A stretch of DNA of 64,000 bases from an uncultured Candidatus Saccharibacteria bacterium (lineage in GTDB: Bacteria > Patescibacteriota > Minisyncoccia > Phycocordibacterales > PALSA-1337), in NCBI GenBank assembly GCA_964403205.1, contig CAYOER010000002.1:4259-68258 (forward strand), written 5' to 3'. The first letter of the stretch is position 1; each line of letters opens with the position of its first letter. The translations under genes were made by a program, and so were the position numbers. Shown here piece after piece: positions 29,933 through 40,120 of this stretch. Below the pieces are notes generated by a model. The model was not told the DNA's origin. It saw nothing but the letters and a program-made list of their open reading frames with translations, and made no database searches.

Positions 29933-30118
29933 TTAATTAATAATTGACTTAGCTAATAAATGTTTATCTTCCACCACATCTAGAGCAGTTAATGCAGACT
30001 TAGAAAGTTTAAGTAGTGAAAAACCTAGTCGATTCGCATCTTCATCAGATAAATCAACCTTGTAATCATTTTTGATGATCATCTTTAATTCCTCTATGCT
30101 TCTTACTTTCAGTTGCAT
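29933..30118 (-). CDS. Small hypothetical protein
   Basis: 61 aa ORF heading the replication operon. Confidence 0.5.
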   Translation of the reverse strand: MQLKVRSIEELKMIIKNDYKVDLSDEDANRLGFSLLKLSKSALTALDVVEDKHLLAKSIIN

Positions 30119-30262
30119 AGGATCATCGTCCCATATAAAAAAATCACAAAAGATGTGACTAATTTGTGATGAATTCTAAAAAACTATACTAAATAAAGCT
30201 TTTTTAGAATAAAAAAATTCCTAAAGTTCTCTACTTTCTATTTTTTGTGCTGATTTTGTGAC

Positions 30263-30757
30263 TCAAACTAAAATTTTGTGATTTAAATGATAACCACGCT
30301 CGCGTTTATTTTTAATGAAATCACCTATATTTGTTTTACCCTTCACTACCAATTCTCTGATGATCTTATTAATTAAACCTATCCTATTTTTGATGTATCT
30401 GGGGGTTTTTCTACCTATTTCTGTTTCCATCTCTAATACTAGTTGGGCAATTTTAAAACATTCATCTTTATTTTCTATATATTTATAGTACAAGAAAAAT
30501 ATAAGGAATTTATCTGTACTATTGATTTTCTTTTTTATACCTCGTCTTGATATAGAATAATCATGAATCTTAATACTCAAAGTCTTTATATCTATAACTT
30601 CCTTCACACCTTGATATTTTTTAGTATTACTCTCTTCATAATATATCGTAGGTGATGCTTTTAGTTTATTATTTGTTTGTCCTAACAGGTTTACCTTATA
30701 AGCATTGTATCGCTCTTCAAAATCTTCAGGAAATTGTATTTCTAGTTCTCCCATCAT
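30263..30757 (-). CDS. Hypothetical protein with possible C-terminal winged helix
   Basis: Ends IKNKRERGYHLN, an OmpR-like wing pattern. Confidence 0.5.
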   Translation of the reverse strand: MMGELEIQFPEDFEERYNAYKVNLLGQTNNKLKASPTIYYEESNTKKYQGVKEVIDIKTLSIKIHDYSISRRGIKKKINSTDKFLIFFLYYKYIENKDECFKIAQLVLEMETEIGRKTPRYIKNRIGLINKIIRELVVKGKTNIGDFIKNKRERGYHLNHKILV

Positions 30758-30759
30758 AT

Positions 30760-31383
30760 TTACATTCCTATATTATAAAACTGATATCTGATTAAACTTT
30801 CTTCTTCAAATGTTCCTAGTATATTCCCAAGTTGATTATAATTTATATCGCACTTTCGTTGCCAAACGGTGTGAGTTTGTTCAGAAACAGATATTTTTTT
30901 ACCATTAATCTTTTTCGGAGCTAAATCCCATTCATCCTTCAGTCGTTCTAAGATATAAAGTTTCTTTACATCCGCTTTAGAAATCTGTTGTGGTAGAACC
31001 TCATTCTTTTTGTCTTTACCTTCTCTAATTTCACATTCTTTGTAATACTCATCAAACTTTGGCTGAAGGATAGTTATGCGAAATTTGATTTCAGACTCCT
31101 CATCTTTTCTTCTATCAAAGACTGGCATCTCAATAGGAAATACTATTCCAAGATTAGAATAATTAGTATCCATATCTTCTATATTAATAACTCTCAAACC
31201 ATCTAATTTGAATAAAATCTTTTTTTGAGTTTGATTACTGGGAACATGATCATTGATCTTGCCAGTATCAAACATCTCCTTTTTATTCAGTGAGAAAGTA
31301 GGACGTCCACTTAGTAATGATTCTTTTCTAAGTTGTTGCATCACCCACCATATTTCTAATTGAAGCATATCTTCAGGATTCAT
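30760..31383 (-). CDS. Hypothetical protein (start likely ATG 31383)
   Basis: The upstream part of the called ORF is a terminator hairpin. Confidence 0.55.
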   Translation of the reverse strand: MNPEDMLQLEIWWVMQQLRKESLLSGRPTFSLNKKEMFDTGKINDHVPSNQTQKKILFKLDGLRVINIEDMDTNYSNLGIVFPIEMPVFDRRKDEESEIKFRITILQPKFDEYYKECEIREGKDKKNEVLPQQISKADVKKLYILERLKDEWDLAPKKINGKKISVSEQTHTVWQRKCDINYNQLGNILGTFEEESLIRYQFYNIGM

Positions 31384-31422
31384 AAGATTAAATCTACTCC
31401 TTATTGATAAATTTTTCAATAC

Positions 31423-31612
31423 CCAACAAAAAACTCCCACGAATGGAAGTTCTTTGTTGGAATAGCACTCTTGGTAGACCCGTAAGCCAGTTATCGCTTT
31501 TCACCGCTACCTTCGCCCTTTCGGACAATCCACCGCACAAAGGCGGATGACGGACTTAATTCACGACCCCCGTTTCTAGTTAAAGCTAGAAAATACCAAC
31601 TCTCGCTATTCC
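31423..31612 (-). ncRNA. Unassigned structured RNA with long terminal hairpin
   Basis: Closing helix ggaatagc..ttggta / taccaa..gctattcc, internal hairpins including gtcc-GAAA-gggc, then a 17 bp stem with UUCG loop; TAGAAT -10 just upstream. Confidence 0.6.
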
Positions 31613-31634
31613 GTAATTATTCTATCATATATCG

Positions 31635-31862
31635 CTACATCTCATCAGCCAACTCAATAGCATCTTCTTCGTCTAAGCCCTCATCAATCAATTCTTGAGC
31701 TTTCTCCGCAGTTTCTCTATCAATATCATGATCCTTCATCAATCGTCTGGCTTCTTCATCCTCAGAATTTTCATCAATATGCTTTACCAAGATATCTGCA
31801 AATTGTTCTACGGCGGAATCCATAACTTCTTTATTAGTTTTTCCTAGTGATTTTTTTATCAT
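31635..31862 (-). CDS. Small acidic hypothetical protein
   Basis: 75 aa ORF. Confidence 0.5.
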   Translation of the reverse strand: MIKKSLGKTNKEVMDSAVEQFADILVKHIDENSEDEEARRLMKDHDIDRETAEKAQELIDEGLDEEDAIELADEM

Positions 31863-31875
31863 GATACTGTCCTCA

Positions 31876-32418
31876 TTACCTTAAATTCCTATAACTCTGT
31901 TTATTTAAACCTTCCCTATGCATAGCAAAAAGTGCCATATCCAATTCTCTAGGTGTAACACTATTTTCCTTTGACCATTCTCTCATGATTTTCAGATACT
32001 TTCCCCAAATGTTCAAGGAAGGATACTTGTTAATGTTACAATTCATTTTTCTGAGCATTTCTAAACATCTAATATCAATAACAGCATAACTTTCTGGATA
32101 TACTACAGTAAGTAGTGCTGATGCTGTCGGTATGCCAACCCCATCTAAATTTTTTGATAGAATTTTCATTTTTCGTCTTTCATCTTTCTCAGCAAAAGCT
32201 TTTTTAGATATTTCTTCAATAATGTCTCTATTTTGTATATATCTCTGCTTCTGTCTTGCTGACTTCCACATACAAATATCATAAAATTCACTGAATTTAA
32301 AATATCCCCTTTTCTTTACCCTAGGTCCAATAACATTGAACAAGTAACCTTCACCGTAAATCTCTATGTATTTTTTTATATTTGGTATTTTCATTATTAT
32401 CTTCTTGTTATATCCCAC
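31876..32418 (-). CDS. HhH-GPD/OGG-fold DNA glycosylase-like protein
   Basis: WKS..., LDGVGIPTASALL (HhH), YAVIDIR, RELDMALF. Confidence 0.6.
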   Translation of the reverse strand: MGYNKKIIMKIPNIKKYIEIYGEGYLFNVIGPRVKKRGYFKFSEFYDICMWKSARQKQRYIQNRDIIEEISKKAFAEKDERRKMKILSKNLDGVGIPTASALLTVVYPESYAVIDIRCLEMLRKMNCNINKYPSLNIWGKYLKIMREWSKENSVTPRELDMALFAMHREGLNKQSYRNLR

Positions 32419-32467
32419 AGCCTTTATTTAAATCTTATCGCATCTTTCTTCTCATTACTAATATCAA

Positions 32468-33058
32468 CTACAGTTTTTTGAATTTGATAAAATCTATATA
32501 TATCAGTGCTAAATTTTCAAGATGTTTATAAACTCTATTCAAATCCTTTATCGGATAAATATTTTTCAATATATGTGGTATATTTCTTTCAATAGACCAC
32601 TCATAAATCCCAATACTTCCCAAGGTATCTAATCCACCTAGTTCATAAAATACAGTCTTTCTTTCCCGTCTTTTTTTACCATTAAAATCTTCAGTCTCTT
32701 CTAGTGGATGTTTTACGATATTATTTGCGATTTTTATTATTTCAATTATATCTGGTAACTCTTTATCTCTATAATCCTGTAATTGTCGTGAATTATTTTT
32801 TGGCTGAAAATACTCTGATAATCTTTGAGATGATTCTAGACATGTCCGTATAAGAGTGTAAAAGCCGAAGCAATAGGAATAGCAATATTCTGCATAACTA
32901 CCCATATCTCCAATCTTGAAACCATCCTCTAGATTCTTCTCAAGACTTCTCACTTGAATTTCAGCTAGATAAAAATATCTTCTAGTCGTTTCGGCAAGGT
33001 GATGAATACTCTCATCTGAAAGCCTATCAATAAAATTTGAGTAATTATTTAATTCCAT
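32468..33058 (-). CDS. Hypothetical helical protein (possibly HEPN/Abi-like)
   Basis: Helical composition; IANNIVKHP resembles a degenerate RxxxxH. Confidence 0.45.
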   Translation of the reverse strand: MELNNYSNFIDRLSDESIHHLAETTRRYFYLAEIQVRSLEKNLEDGFKIGDMGSYAEYCYSYCFGFYTLIRTCLESSQRLSEYFQPKNNSRQLQDYRDKELPDIIEIIKIANNIVKHPLEETEDFNGKKRRERKTVFYELGGLDTLGSIGIYEWSIERNIPHILKNIYPIKDLNRVYKHLENLALIYIDFIKFKKL

Positions 33059-33144
33059 ATTTCTACTATATAATCATATATTATTCAATCACCTATGTAT
33101 TAAAAGAAATTTTAGAATTTGATTAGGATTTTTTTAATAACAAA

Positions 33145-34188
33145 CTATTCTTTACTCTTATCTCTATATACCTTTCTAGATTTTGCCCCATTCGCTGACC
33201 CTATTACCCTATTCTGCTCAAGTAAGTCTATTAATTGTGCTGATCTTGAATACCCTATGCCTAATTTCCTTTGGATATAAGAAGTAGATGCTTTACCACC
33301 CTCTAGAACAACTTTTTTTGCTTCTTCATATAGATTATCGTATTCAAGGATTTCATTATTTTCATTCAAATTAAAAAAATTATCAGGTGATTCATATTCT
33401 CCACTATTCTCTTTAATTATTTTCTTATACTTATTCTTTAAACTTTTTATCATTGCTTTAACCTCATCATGATTGATTTGATAGGTCTGAGCACGAATAG
33501 GATATTTCAATCCTTCACGATAGAGAATATCTCCAACTCCATGTAGATTATGAGCATCTGGCATTCCTATAATAAGCCTTGATTCTTTTATTGAGGAATT
33601 CTGCATTGCAATACGAGTACTTATAGAATCACGAATAGACTTGGTTATTATTTTATTATTTGATCTGGATGTAGAGAGTATTATATGAATTCCAACAATA
33701 TATCCAGTTTGAGCGATTCCAAAAATTACTGATTCGATTTCCTTTGGATAAATCCCCATGAAATCTGCAAGTTCATCAATGACTAAGACAATAACTGGCA
33801 TATCCTCTTTTCCATCATAGTCAATAATACTTCTATACTTATTTTCTTTTAGAATATCTAGACGCCTAATAATTTCTTTTGCTAACCACTTCATAGCAAG
33901 TATTACTTTCTTCGGATCGAAAATATTCGGAATGAGTAAATGTGGAATTCCATCATATATCTGTAATTCAACTCTACTTGAATCAATCATAATCAGTTTC
34001 AGATTCTCTGGAGAATTATTTGATATTAATGTGCTTATAATCTTATGTAATAAAGTTGATTTACCAAAGCCGAGATTTCCAGCAATAAGTAAATCTTTAA
34101 TTGTGATTAAATCAATTATTAAATCCTTATTATATTCATCTTTTGCAATATTGATTGCTAGATTTGCTTTCATAGTTTTATTATACAT
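33145..34188 (-). CDS. Soluble FtsK-like ATPase with gamma domain, degenerate motifs
   Basis: GNLGFGKS, VIDELAD, GIHIILSTSR, and C-terminal ASTSYIQRKLGIGYSRSAQLID; no TM domain. Confidence 0.85.
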   Translation of the reverse strand: MYNKTMKANLAINIAKDEYNKDLIIDLITIKDLLIAGNLGFGKSTLLHKIISTLISNNSPENLKLIMIDSSRVELQIYDGIPHLLIPNIFDPKKVILAMKWLAKEIIRRLDILKENKYRSIIDYDGKEDMPVIVLVIDELADFMGIYPKEIESVIFGIAQTGYIVGIHIILSTSRSNNKIITKSIRDSISTRIAMQNSSIKESRLIIGMPDAHNLHGVGDILYREGLKYPIRAQTYQINHDEVKAMIKSLKNKYKKIIKENSGEYESPDNFFNLNENNEILEYDNLYEEAKKVVLEGGKASTSYIQRKLGIGYSRSAQLIDLLEQNRVIGSANGAKSRKVYRDKSKE

Positions 34189-34215
34189 CCATTAAAAATA
34201 AAATTCATTTCTTTA

Positions 34216-34569
34216 TTATATATCATTATTAGATTGTTTTTCTTCTATTCTCTTACCAAACATAAGAAATAGGCCAGTAGAAATCACAATCACAAAACTA
34301 AAAATACCGTAATTCTTGAAATTATTTAACAATTCTTTACCTACTGGAATGTAGTATGGGTCACCATATTCAACACATTCTGTATATTCATCAAACCTTC
34401 CAGAAGAAGCCTCTTCTAAACACACATCTTTTCTAACTACATATCCATTAGTTGAGATTTTTGGTAGCATTTTCAATGTAGAAACTAGAAATAGTATAGC
34501 CCAGATTATTAGCCAGTAAATGAATATTCTTAGTGGGTATTCTTTTGAGGTTTGTGGTAGAAATCTCAT
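34216..34569 (-). CDS. Two-TM membrane protein
   Basis: Two hydrophobic segments around a two-Cys loop. Confidence 0.55.
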   Translation of the reverse strand: MRFLPQTSKEYPLRIFIYWLIIWAILFLVSTLKMLPKISTNGYVVRKDVCLEEASSGRFDEYTECVEYGDPYYIPVGKELLNNFKNYGIFSFVIVISTGLFLMFGKRIEEKQSNNDI

Positions 34570-34573
34570 ATAC

Positions 34574-36874
34574 TTAGAAAATTAGTGGTGTCCACTCAGA
34601 CCAATCACTATTTTTGACTTTATCCCAGTTATATTCCTGTAAATTATTAATTAGAAGCTGATTACCTTTTTTCACTATTATTCCACCGAATATATCTTTT
34701 CTTTCTTGATCTCTAATATATTGCTGTAGTCTTTCTGCTTTTTCTCTAGTAATAGTCAAACCATCAGCATCACTTTGATCCTTGGTCTCAAAAATACCTA
34801 GCTTTCCATTATTAAACTGTACTATATAATCTGGATAGAAGGTGTAAATCTCATTATCTAATAAATATTTAATACCAAAATAATCATTTTTATTTTTTCC
34901 ATTTTTCCACCACCATTCAATCTTGTCTCCTTTTTCCTCAACAAAGTTTTCAAAAGCTTTTTCTGGCTCAGAACGATCTTTTTCTAAATAACAAGGTTTC
35001 ATTACATATTTAGGGACTCTTTCTACCTTTTCACTTACATTCTCATTATAATATTCGCTTTTGGGTATTTCAAAAGTATAGAACCGCTCTCCTTCAGCTG
35101 ATCTTTTCTTAACTTCTATGTCTTTAATCTTTTTATACTCATCGACAGAATCAGATATTATCTTTTTAAAATGATTTTGATTATCATCATTTATAATAAT
35201 ACTTTGTATGTATACATTTTGCCTTTTCAAATTAAAACCTAAATATTGCTCAAACCACTGATAAATAACGCTAGATATAATAGGTGTTGATCTCTTTATA
35301 TTACTAAATGAGCCTAGATTTTCTTTTAGAAAGGAATAATATTTATTTTCTATCTCATCAGAAGATGCTGATAGCTTTGCAAAATCATCAGCTTTAATTT
35401 CACCTTTGAGTAAATCAAAATCTTTAGTCTCAATGCCAGTATCTGCCATTATTTTTTGACTATATCTATCCATATCTAGAGATACGCCAACTTTCTCTAC
35501 TAACTTTTTATTATCATTTATTTTTTCTCCAGAAATTCCAAAATATTCATTAGCTTTTATCACGAATGTATCATAAAAATTTGCTTTTATATCACCATAG
35601 TCTGCTCTAGTTTTAAAATATGAAGGAAGTTTAATAGATTTATAAGTATCTATTCTTTTTGCAGGTAATCTATTTATAATATTTAACTTATATTCGTCTG
35701 GTTTTACAGTAATACTTTCAACATTAGAATATATATATCCTGTATTTAGCTTTTCATTATCATAATGCTTTCTTTCTGGCATTCTAAGTATTCTTCCAAC
35801 AATTTGTATTTCAAAAGTCTCACTTGATGACTCTCGAAGCTTTATTAAAATATGAGCTCTTGGACAATCCCAACCTGTATCAATAGCTTGTTTAAAGATA
35901 AGAAAATCTGTTTTATTATTTAAATCAATAATGCCATCAATATTTTCTGTCTTCTTGTCAGATAACCATATAGCCAACTTACCATTTGCTACTGTAATAT
36001 CATTTTTAGATAAAAATACCTGTATTGAGTCTAATTTTGCCTCACCTGCATCTGAATTGGGTATCTGTATCAATGCCAGAGGATTTATGTCAGACCCCAT
36101 TTTTTCAAATAGTTTCTTTAATTCGTTTCTCTTATTAAGAGCAGTCATCAATACTAAATCTTGAGAATCAGTTTCATCTTTTGAAATTTCATTTATTCCA
36201 TCATTAATAATTAACTCTTTTTTTATCATCCCTTGCTCAATTACATCATTTGCATTCACCTTAACATTTACTTCAACCCTAGCCCCGCTATCGGTTTTTT
36301 TAGGTGTCGCACTCATTTCAATAACAACTTCTGCACTAATTATTTCTCTGATTTCTTTTGTTCTATCTGCAGTATGACCAATATGACTTTCATCAATTAT
36401 CAATATTATTTTTCTTTTTTTATTAGTCTCAGCAATCAATTCTCTGAAATTAACTTTCTCTCCATCTTTCATTAAGATATTTTTCCACTCCTTTGTTTCT
36501 CCATCCTTACTTCTTAATTTCTCCCAGTTTGCCACAACAACCTCATTTCTATTTATTATCACTCTACTTCCACCAAACTCTTCTTCGACTAAAGAAACCC
36601 TAGGTGACCCACCAAAAATACTTTCTAAACTCTTTTTGCTTTGTATATGAAGTTCTCCCTTACCAATAGATAGCCAGATAAAGCACAGATCGTCCTTATT
36701 TCTTTCTTTTATCAATTCCTCAATAAATTTAGCAATTACTACAGTTTTTCCTGATCCCGTCGGGGATTGGAAGACTATGACTTCTCCCTTACCCTGTCTG
36801 TCTAAAAAGTGGCTTGTATTAAAAACAAGATCATTTAATGCTATTTCTTGGTATTTTTTTAAATTAATATTCAT
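34574..36874 (-). CDS. res: Type III restriction enzyme Res subunit
   Basis: SPTGSGKT, DESH, SAT, GWDCPRA, QIVGRILR helicase motifs; C-terminal YPDY...ETK nuclease. Confidence 0.88.
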   Translation of the reverse strand: MNINLKKYQEIALNDLVFNTSHFLDRQGKGEVIVFQSPTGSGKTVVIAKFIEELIKERNKDDLCFIWLSIGKGELHIQSKKSLESIFGGSPRVSLVEEEFGGSRVIINRNEVVVANWEKLRSKDGETKEWKNILMKDGEKVNFRELIAETNKKRKIILIIDESHIGHTADRTKEIREIISAEVVIEMSATPKKTDSGARVEVNVKVNANDVIEQGMIKKELIINDGINEISKDETDSQDLVLMTALNKRNELKKLFEKMGSDINPLALIQIPNSDAGEAKLDSIQVFLSKNDITVANGKLAIWLSDKKTENIDGIIDLNNKTDFLIFKQAIDTGWDCPRAHILIKLRESSSETFEIQIVGRILRMPERKHYDNEKLNTGYIYSNVESITVKPDEYKLNIINRLPAKRIDTYKSIKLPSYFKTRADYGDIKANFYDTFVIKANEYFGISGEKINDNKKLVEKVGVSLDMDRYSQKIMADTGIETKDFDLLKGEIKADDFAKLSASSDEIENKYYSFLKENLGSFSNIKRSTPIISSVIYQWFEQYLGFNLKRQNVYIQSIIINDDNQNHFKKIISDSVDEYKKIKDIEVKKRSAEGERFYTFEIPKSEYYNENVSEKVERVPKYVMKPCYLEKDRSEPEKAFENFVEEKGDKIEWWWKNGKNKNDYFGIKYLLDNEIYTFYPDYIVQFNNGKLGIFETKDQSDADGLTITREKAERLQQYIRDQERKDIFGGIIVKKGNQLLINNLQEYNWDKVKNSDWSEWTPLIF

Positions 36875-38597
36875 GGATTTCTTTATATATATCTAATATT
36901 TTTTGTGGTATTGGCTCTAATCTAACCTCCTTCCAATCTTCAAAGTCAGACTCATTTAATCCCAGCGAATCTAGAGTAAAACAATATAGAATCTTTTCCC
37001 CCTCCATCTTATCTAGTTCCTTTTTTAGTGCAGGTAACTCTTTCTGACTAAGAAAGTAGTATACTGCCATAATTTTTTTACCTTGTTTGAATATCTTATA
37101 TGCAGATTTATTTCTTATTTCTTCATATATTCCTTCTCTTATACATAGCATTTCAGTACACTCTTCGGTAATTCTGATTTTCATTTCATCTCTGTTGTAA
37201 CTCTTTGGAATTAATATGGTTTTATAATACTTTAAATTTCCACCAATACCTTTTATCACCTTTCCTTTATTATTTTTATAACCCCTTATCACACGCTTAA
37301 TACGCTCATTTGTTACATCTTCACAAATATTATTTTCATTATTCGTACAAAGAATAAATTGACGATTTCCACCATCTAATTTGTTTAATTCCATAACAGC
37401 ATGACCTGTCGTGCCAGAACCAGCGAAAAAGTCTAGTATTATTGAGTCTCTTTTAGATGTTATTTTCAATATATCCTCTAAAAGGTATATTGATTTAGGA
37501 TAGTCGAAGATTTTATTACCGAGTATATCTCTGATTAGATTTGATCCATTAAATTCTGAAAAGTATTTTTTATTAGTCCAAACATTTTTGTATATTTGTT
37601 GTTCATAAAATTTTCTAAAAAGCTGATAACGACCATCAAGATGTTCTACAACAAATTCTTTATTTTCCTTATTTTTTTCTAAAAATGTATCTGGTAAATT
37701 TATCCACGAAAATTCTCTGCCATTATTAGATGTTGGTAATAATTTTATTGAGTCAGATGATGGTGATAGAGAAAACCTTTCATTCTTTTTGTTATAGTAA
37801 ATTGGATAATAGAAATCTGGTTTGTTTATTCTTAGTGTCTCTGTTCGGCAACGCATATATGGCTCTAATCTATATCTTTTTCCATCATTATCTTTCATAT
37901 CAAAGGATGCCATTACTTCTTCATCAATTGCCACACTATTAAATTCAGCAAGACTTGAATTTTTCGAGTAGACAAGCATATACTCACTGTTGGCGGAAAA
38001 AAACTTTGTAAAGTTTCTACCTTTAGGATTATGCAAAACTGTCACTAGACCCAATCTATTTTCCTCGCCAAAATATTCATCAAATAGTAAACCAAGAGTA
38101 AAAAGTTCGTTGTGATCTATTGCACAGATAAAATATCCATTATCTTTCAACAAACTTTTTGCAAGATTTAGCCTATTTTTTATAAAAGTAATAAACTTAC
38201 TATGTCTGTAACCATCATCCTTATCAATATAGTCATTGTTATATCTCCATGTAGTAGAACCCGTGTTATATGGCGGATCTATATATATCACATCAATTTT
38301 ACCAGCATGTGTATAGTTCAAAACAGAGAGCGAATGGTAATTATCTCCTTCAATTAAAATATTCACTAGTTTACTTTCATCAGTAATTATTTCTCTGCTT
38401 TTTATTTCTTTCAGAACAGGAATATTTGTCTTACACAATTCAACTACATCCTCTGGTTTATCTTCCCAGACGAGTCCGTATTTCTTGTGTTTACTGAGAC
38501 GATCAACCTCATCTATGAGTTGATCTTTTGTCCAATTATTATATTTTTCACTAACCTTTTTGGTAGATGATTCTTGTTTTGATGGTTTTTGAGACAT
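36864..38597 (-). CDS. mod: Type III R-M methyltransferase Mod (start likely ATG 38597)
   Basis: KKYGLVWE, IEGDN, IYIDPPYNTG, FDYPK, LDFFAGSGTTGHAV. Confidence 0.9.
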   Translation of the reverse strand: MSQKPSKQESSTKKVSEKYNNWTKDQLIDEVDRLSKHKKYGLVWEDKPEDVVELCKTNIPVLKEIKSREIITDESKLVNILIEGDNYHSLSVLNYTHAGKIDVIYIDPPYNTGSTTWRYNNDYIDKDDGYRHSKFITFIKNRLNLAKSLLKDNGYFICAIDHNELFTLGLLFDEYFGEENRLGLVTVLHNPKGRNFTKFFSANSEYMLVYSKNSSLAEFNSVAIDEEVMASFDMKDNDGKRYRLEPYMRCRTETLRINKPDFYYPIYYNKKNERFSLSPSSDSIKLLPTSNNGREFSWINLPDTFLEKNKENKEFVVEHLDGRYQLFRKFYEQQIYKNVWTNKKYFSEFNGSNLIRDILGNKIFDYPKSIYLLEDILKITSKRDSIILDFFAGSGTTGHAVMELNKLDGGNRQFILCTNNENNICEDVTNERIKRVIRGYKNNKGKVIKGIGGNLKYYKTILIPKSYNRDEMKIRITEECTEMLCIREGIYEEIRNKSAYKIFKQGKKIMAVYYFLSQKELPALKKELDKMEGEKILYCFTLDSLGLNESDFEDWKEVRLEPIPQKILDIYKEIHEY

Positions 38598-38772
38598 AGA
38601 GGGATGGTTGCTATGTTGCTGGCAGGAAGCACAGAACCCCGTGCCAGCCGGACCTTTCGATCCCATACCAGTTTCCTGATATGACCATCCCTGATGAGCT
38701 GAACGCGGGGTTCAATATCAAGGATGGATTTCTATGCCATACCTCGCAGAAAAACTACGAGGGTTAGGCACG
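38598..38772 (-). ncRNA. Structured 5' leader of mod
   Basis: Five consecutive GC-rich hairpins in an AT-rich context, two with GAAA/GGAA loops. Confidence 0.55.
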
Positions 38773-38893
38773 TATTTTATTTATAATGTTTTTACTTCAT
38801 AATAATTATGAATATCATCATAATATCGCCTTTTTGATATTTTTGCACGCAAGTGATTAATGGGTATAATATCGATATGAATTTAGTCATTAA

Positions 38894-39211
38894 TTGTCCA
38901 GTAACATGAGTGAACTACTCATAACAATCATTAGTGGTGTTATTGTTGCAATTATTGTTGCTTGGTTTGGAATAGGAGGTACAAAACATGTAACCATTCA
39001 TGGATCTCCAGTTCGTAAGACTGGTAAATGGATAATTTTCTTTTCTATAATAGCTATCTTTGGAGGACTTGCATGGGCTGGACATTATTCACTACCTCAA
39101 GGTGGTTTAGATTTTAGTAAGCATGGTACAGTTTATGGAATAGCCTTAGCTAGTTTTGGTCTTTTAGCTCTTATTGTCGGAAAGATTGTTGCGTGGTTTC
39201 AAAAGTCATAA
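38894..39211 (+). CDS. Small three-TM membrane protein
   Basis: Hydrophobic segments. Confidence 0.6.
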   Translation: MSSNMSELLITIISGVIVAIIVAWFGIGGTKHVTIHGSPVRKTGKWIIFFSIIAIFGGLAWAGHYSLPQGGLDFSKHGTVYGIALASFGLLALIVGKIVAWFQKS

Positions 39212-39222
39212 TTCATAACCAT

Positions 39223-39849
39223 TTAATTAAAGTTAAGCATAATCTGACGATAATTCATTGCCAATACTCGTGGATCATTAATAAATCTATTAATTACTTC
39301 TAAATCAGCAGATAAAACCGCAATTTTATTTTTACTATCTGTGAGATCATCAACGGTAACATATATCGAAATATCACCCATTTGAATAACTGGATTTTTA
39401 TGATTAATATGTTTCAGAATCTTGATCTTATCTGCTTTTACTTCTCCCATACTATTTATCAATGGCATAATCTCCTTCAAGACATCTTGATAGTTTTCCC
39501 ATTTGTGATATCCCATATCTCGGAATAATTGAAATACCTCAGTTAAAATATGAGGCGTAACAAAAAATCTATTCCACTCATTTTTAATTTTGATTAATTC
39601 CAAAAAACGTAGAATCATTTCAAAATCTGGTATGTTTGCCGAATTCTTCTTACTTATTCTTGTCTCAATAAAACCATCAATAAGTGTTTTAATCACACAC
39701 GCGTCAATAATTATACCCTGTCTTATAAACGGGCTAATTTCCTTATCAAAATTAAAACCATCTGAACTTAAATCGAGAAGCACTTTTTTATTTATTATTT
39801 TCAGTTGAATCTTCTTGTTTTGAAACTGTATATTTTTGTGGAGGCACAC
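39223..39849 (-). CDS. PIN-domain-like protein (start uncertain)
   Basis: IIIDACV, VTPHILTEV, GDISI, VLSAD acidic PIN pattern. Confidence 0.65.
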   Translation of the reverse strand: MCLHKNIQFQNKKIQLKIINKKVLLDLSSDGFNFDKEISPFIRQGIIIDACVIKTLIDGFIETRISKKNSANIPDFEMILRFLELIKIKNEWNRFFVTPHILTEVFQLFRDMGYHKWENYQDVLKEIMPLINSMGEVKADKIKILKHINHKNPVIQMGDISIYVTVDDLTDSKNKIAVLSADLEVINRFINDPRVLAMNYRQIMLNFN

Positions 39850-40120
39850 CTTCTGCAGATAATTTTTTTATTGTTACAGTGTTTTCAATTAGATTTACTG
39901 AGGCAAGAAAGCGAGTAGGCGAACTACTACCAAGGGACTCAAAAAAACTACAAACAACATCCCATTTTTGAGATTCTGTAGTTGGACTTCCATTAGTAGG
40001 TTTTAATTCTTCTACAGAGAATTTGAGAATACCAAGATTACCGTGTATATGTTCAAACACGGAACGTGCTAATTCAATTGCCCTAATTGAAGCTGATACT
40101 GTGGAAGGTTTTGTAGTCAT
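39788..40120 (-). CDS. Hypothetical protein, probable partner of the PIN protein
   Basis: Directly upstream of and overlapping the PIN ORF. Confidence 0.55.
   Translation of the reverse strand: MTTKPSTVSASIRAIELARSVFEHIHGNLGILKFSVEELKPTNGSPTTESQKWDVVCSFFESLGSSSPTRFLASVNLIENTVTIKKLSAEGVPPQKYTVSKQEDSTENNK

Noticed and set aside
38598-38666. N-terminal extension of Mod (MGSKGPAG...)
   Set aside because: It coincides with GC-rich hairpins; ATG 38597 is more plausible.
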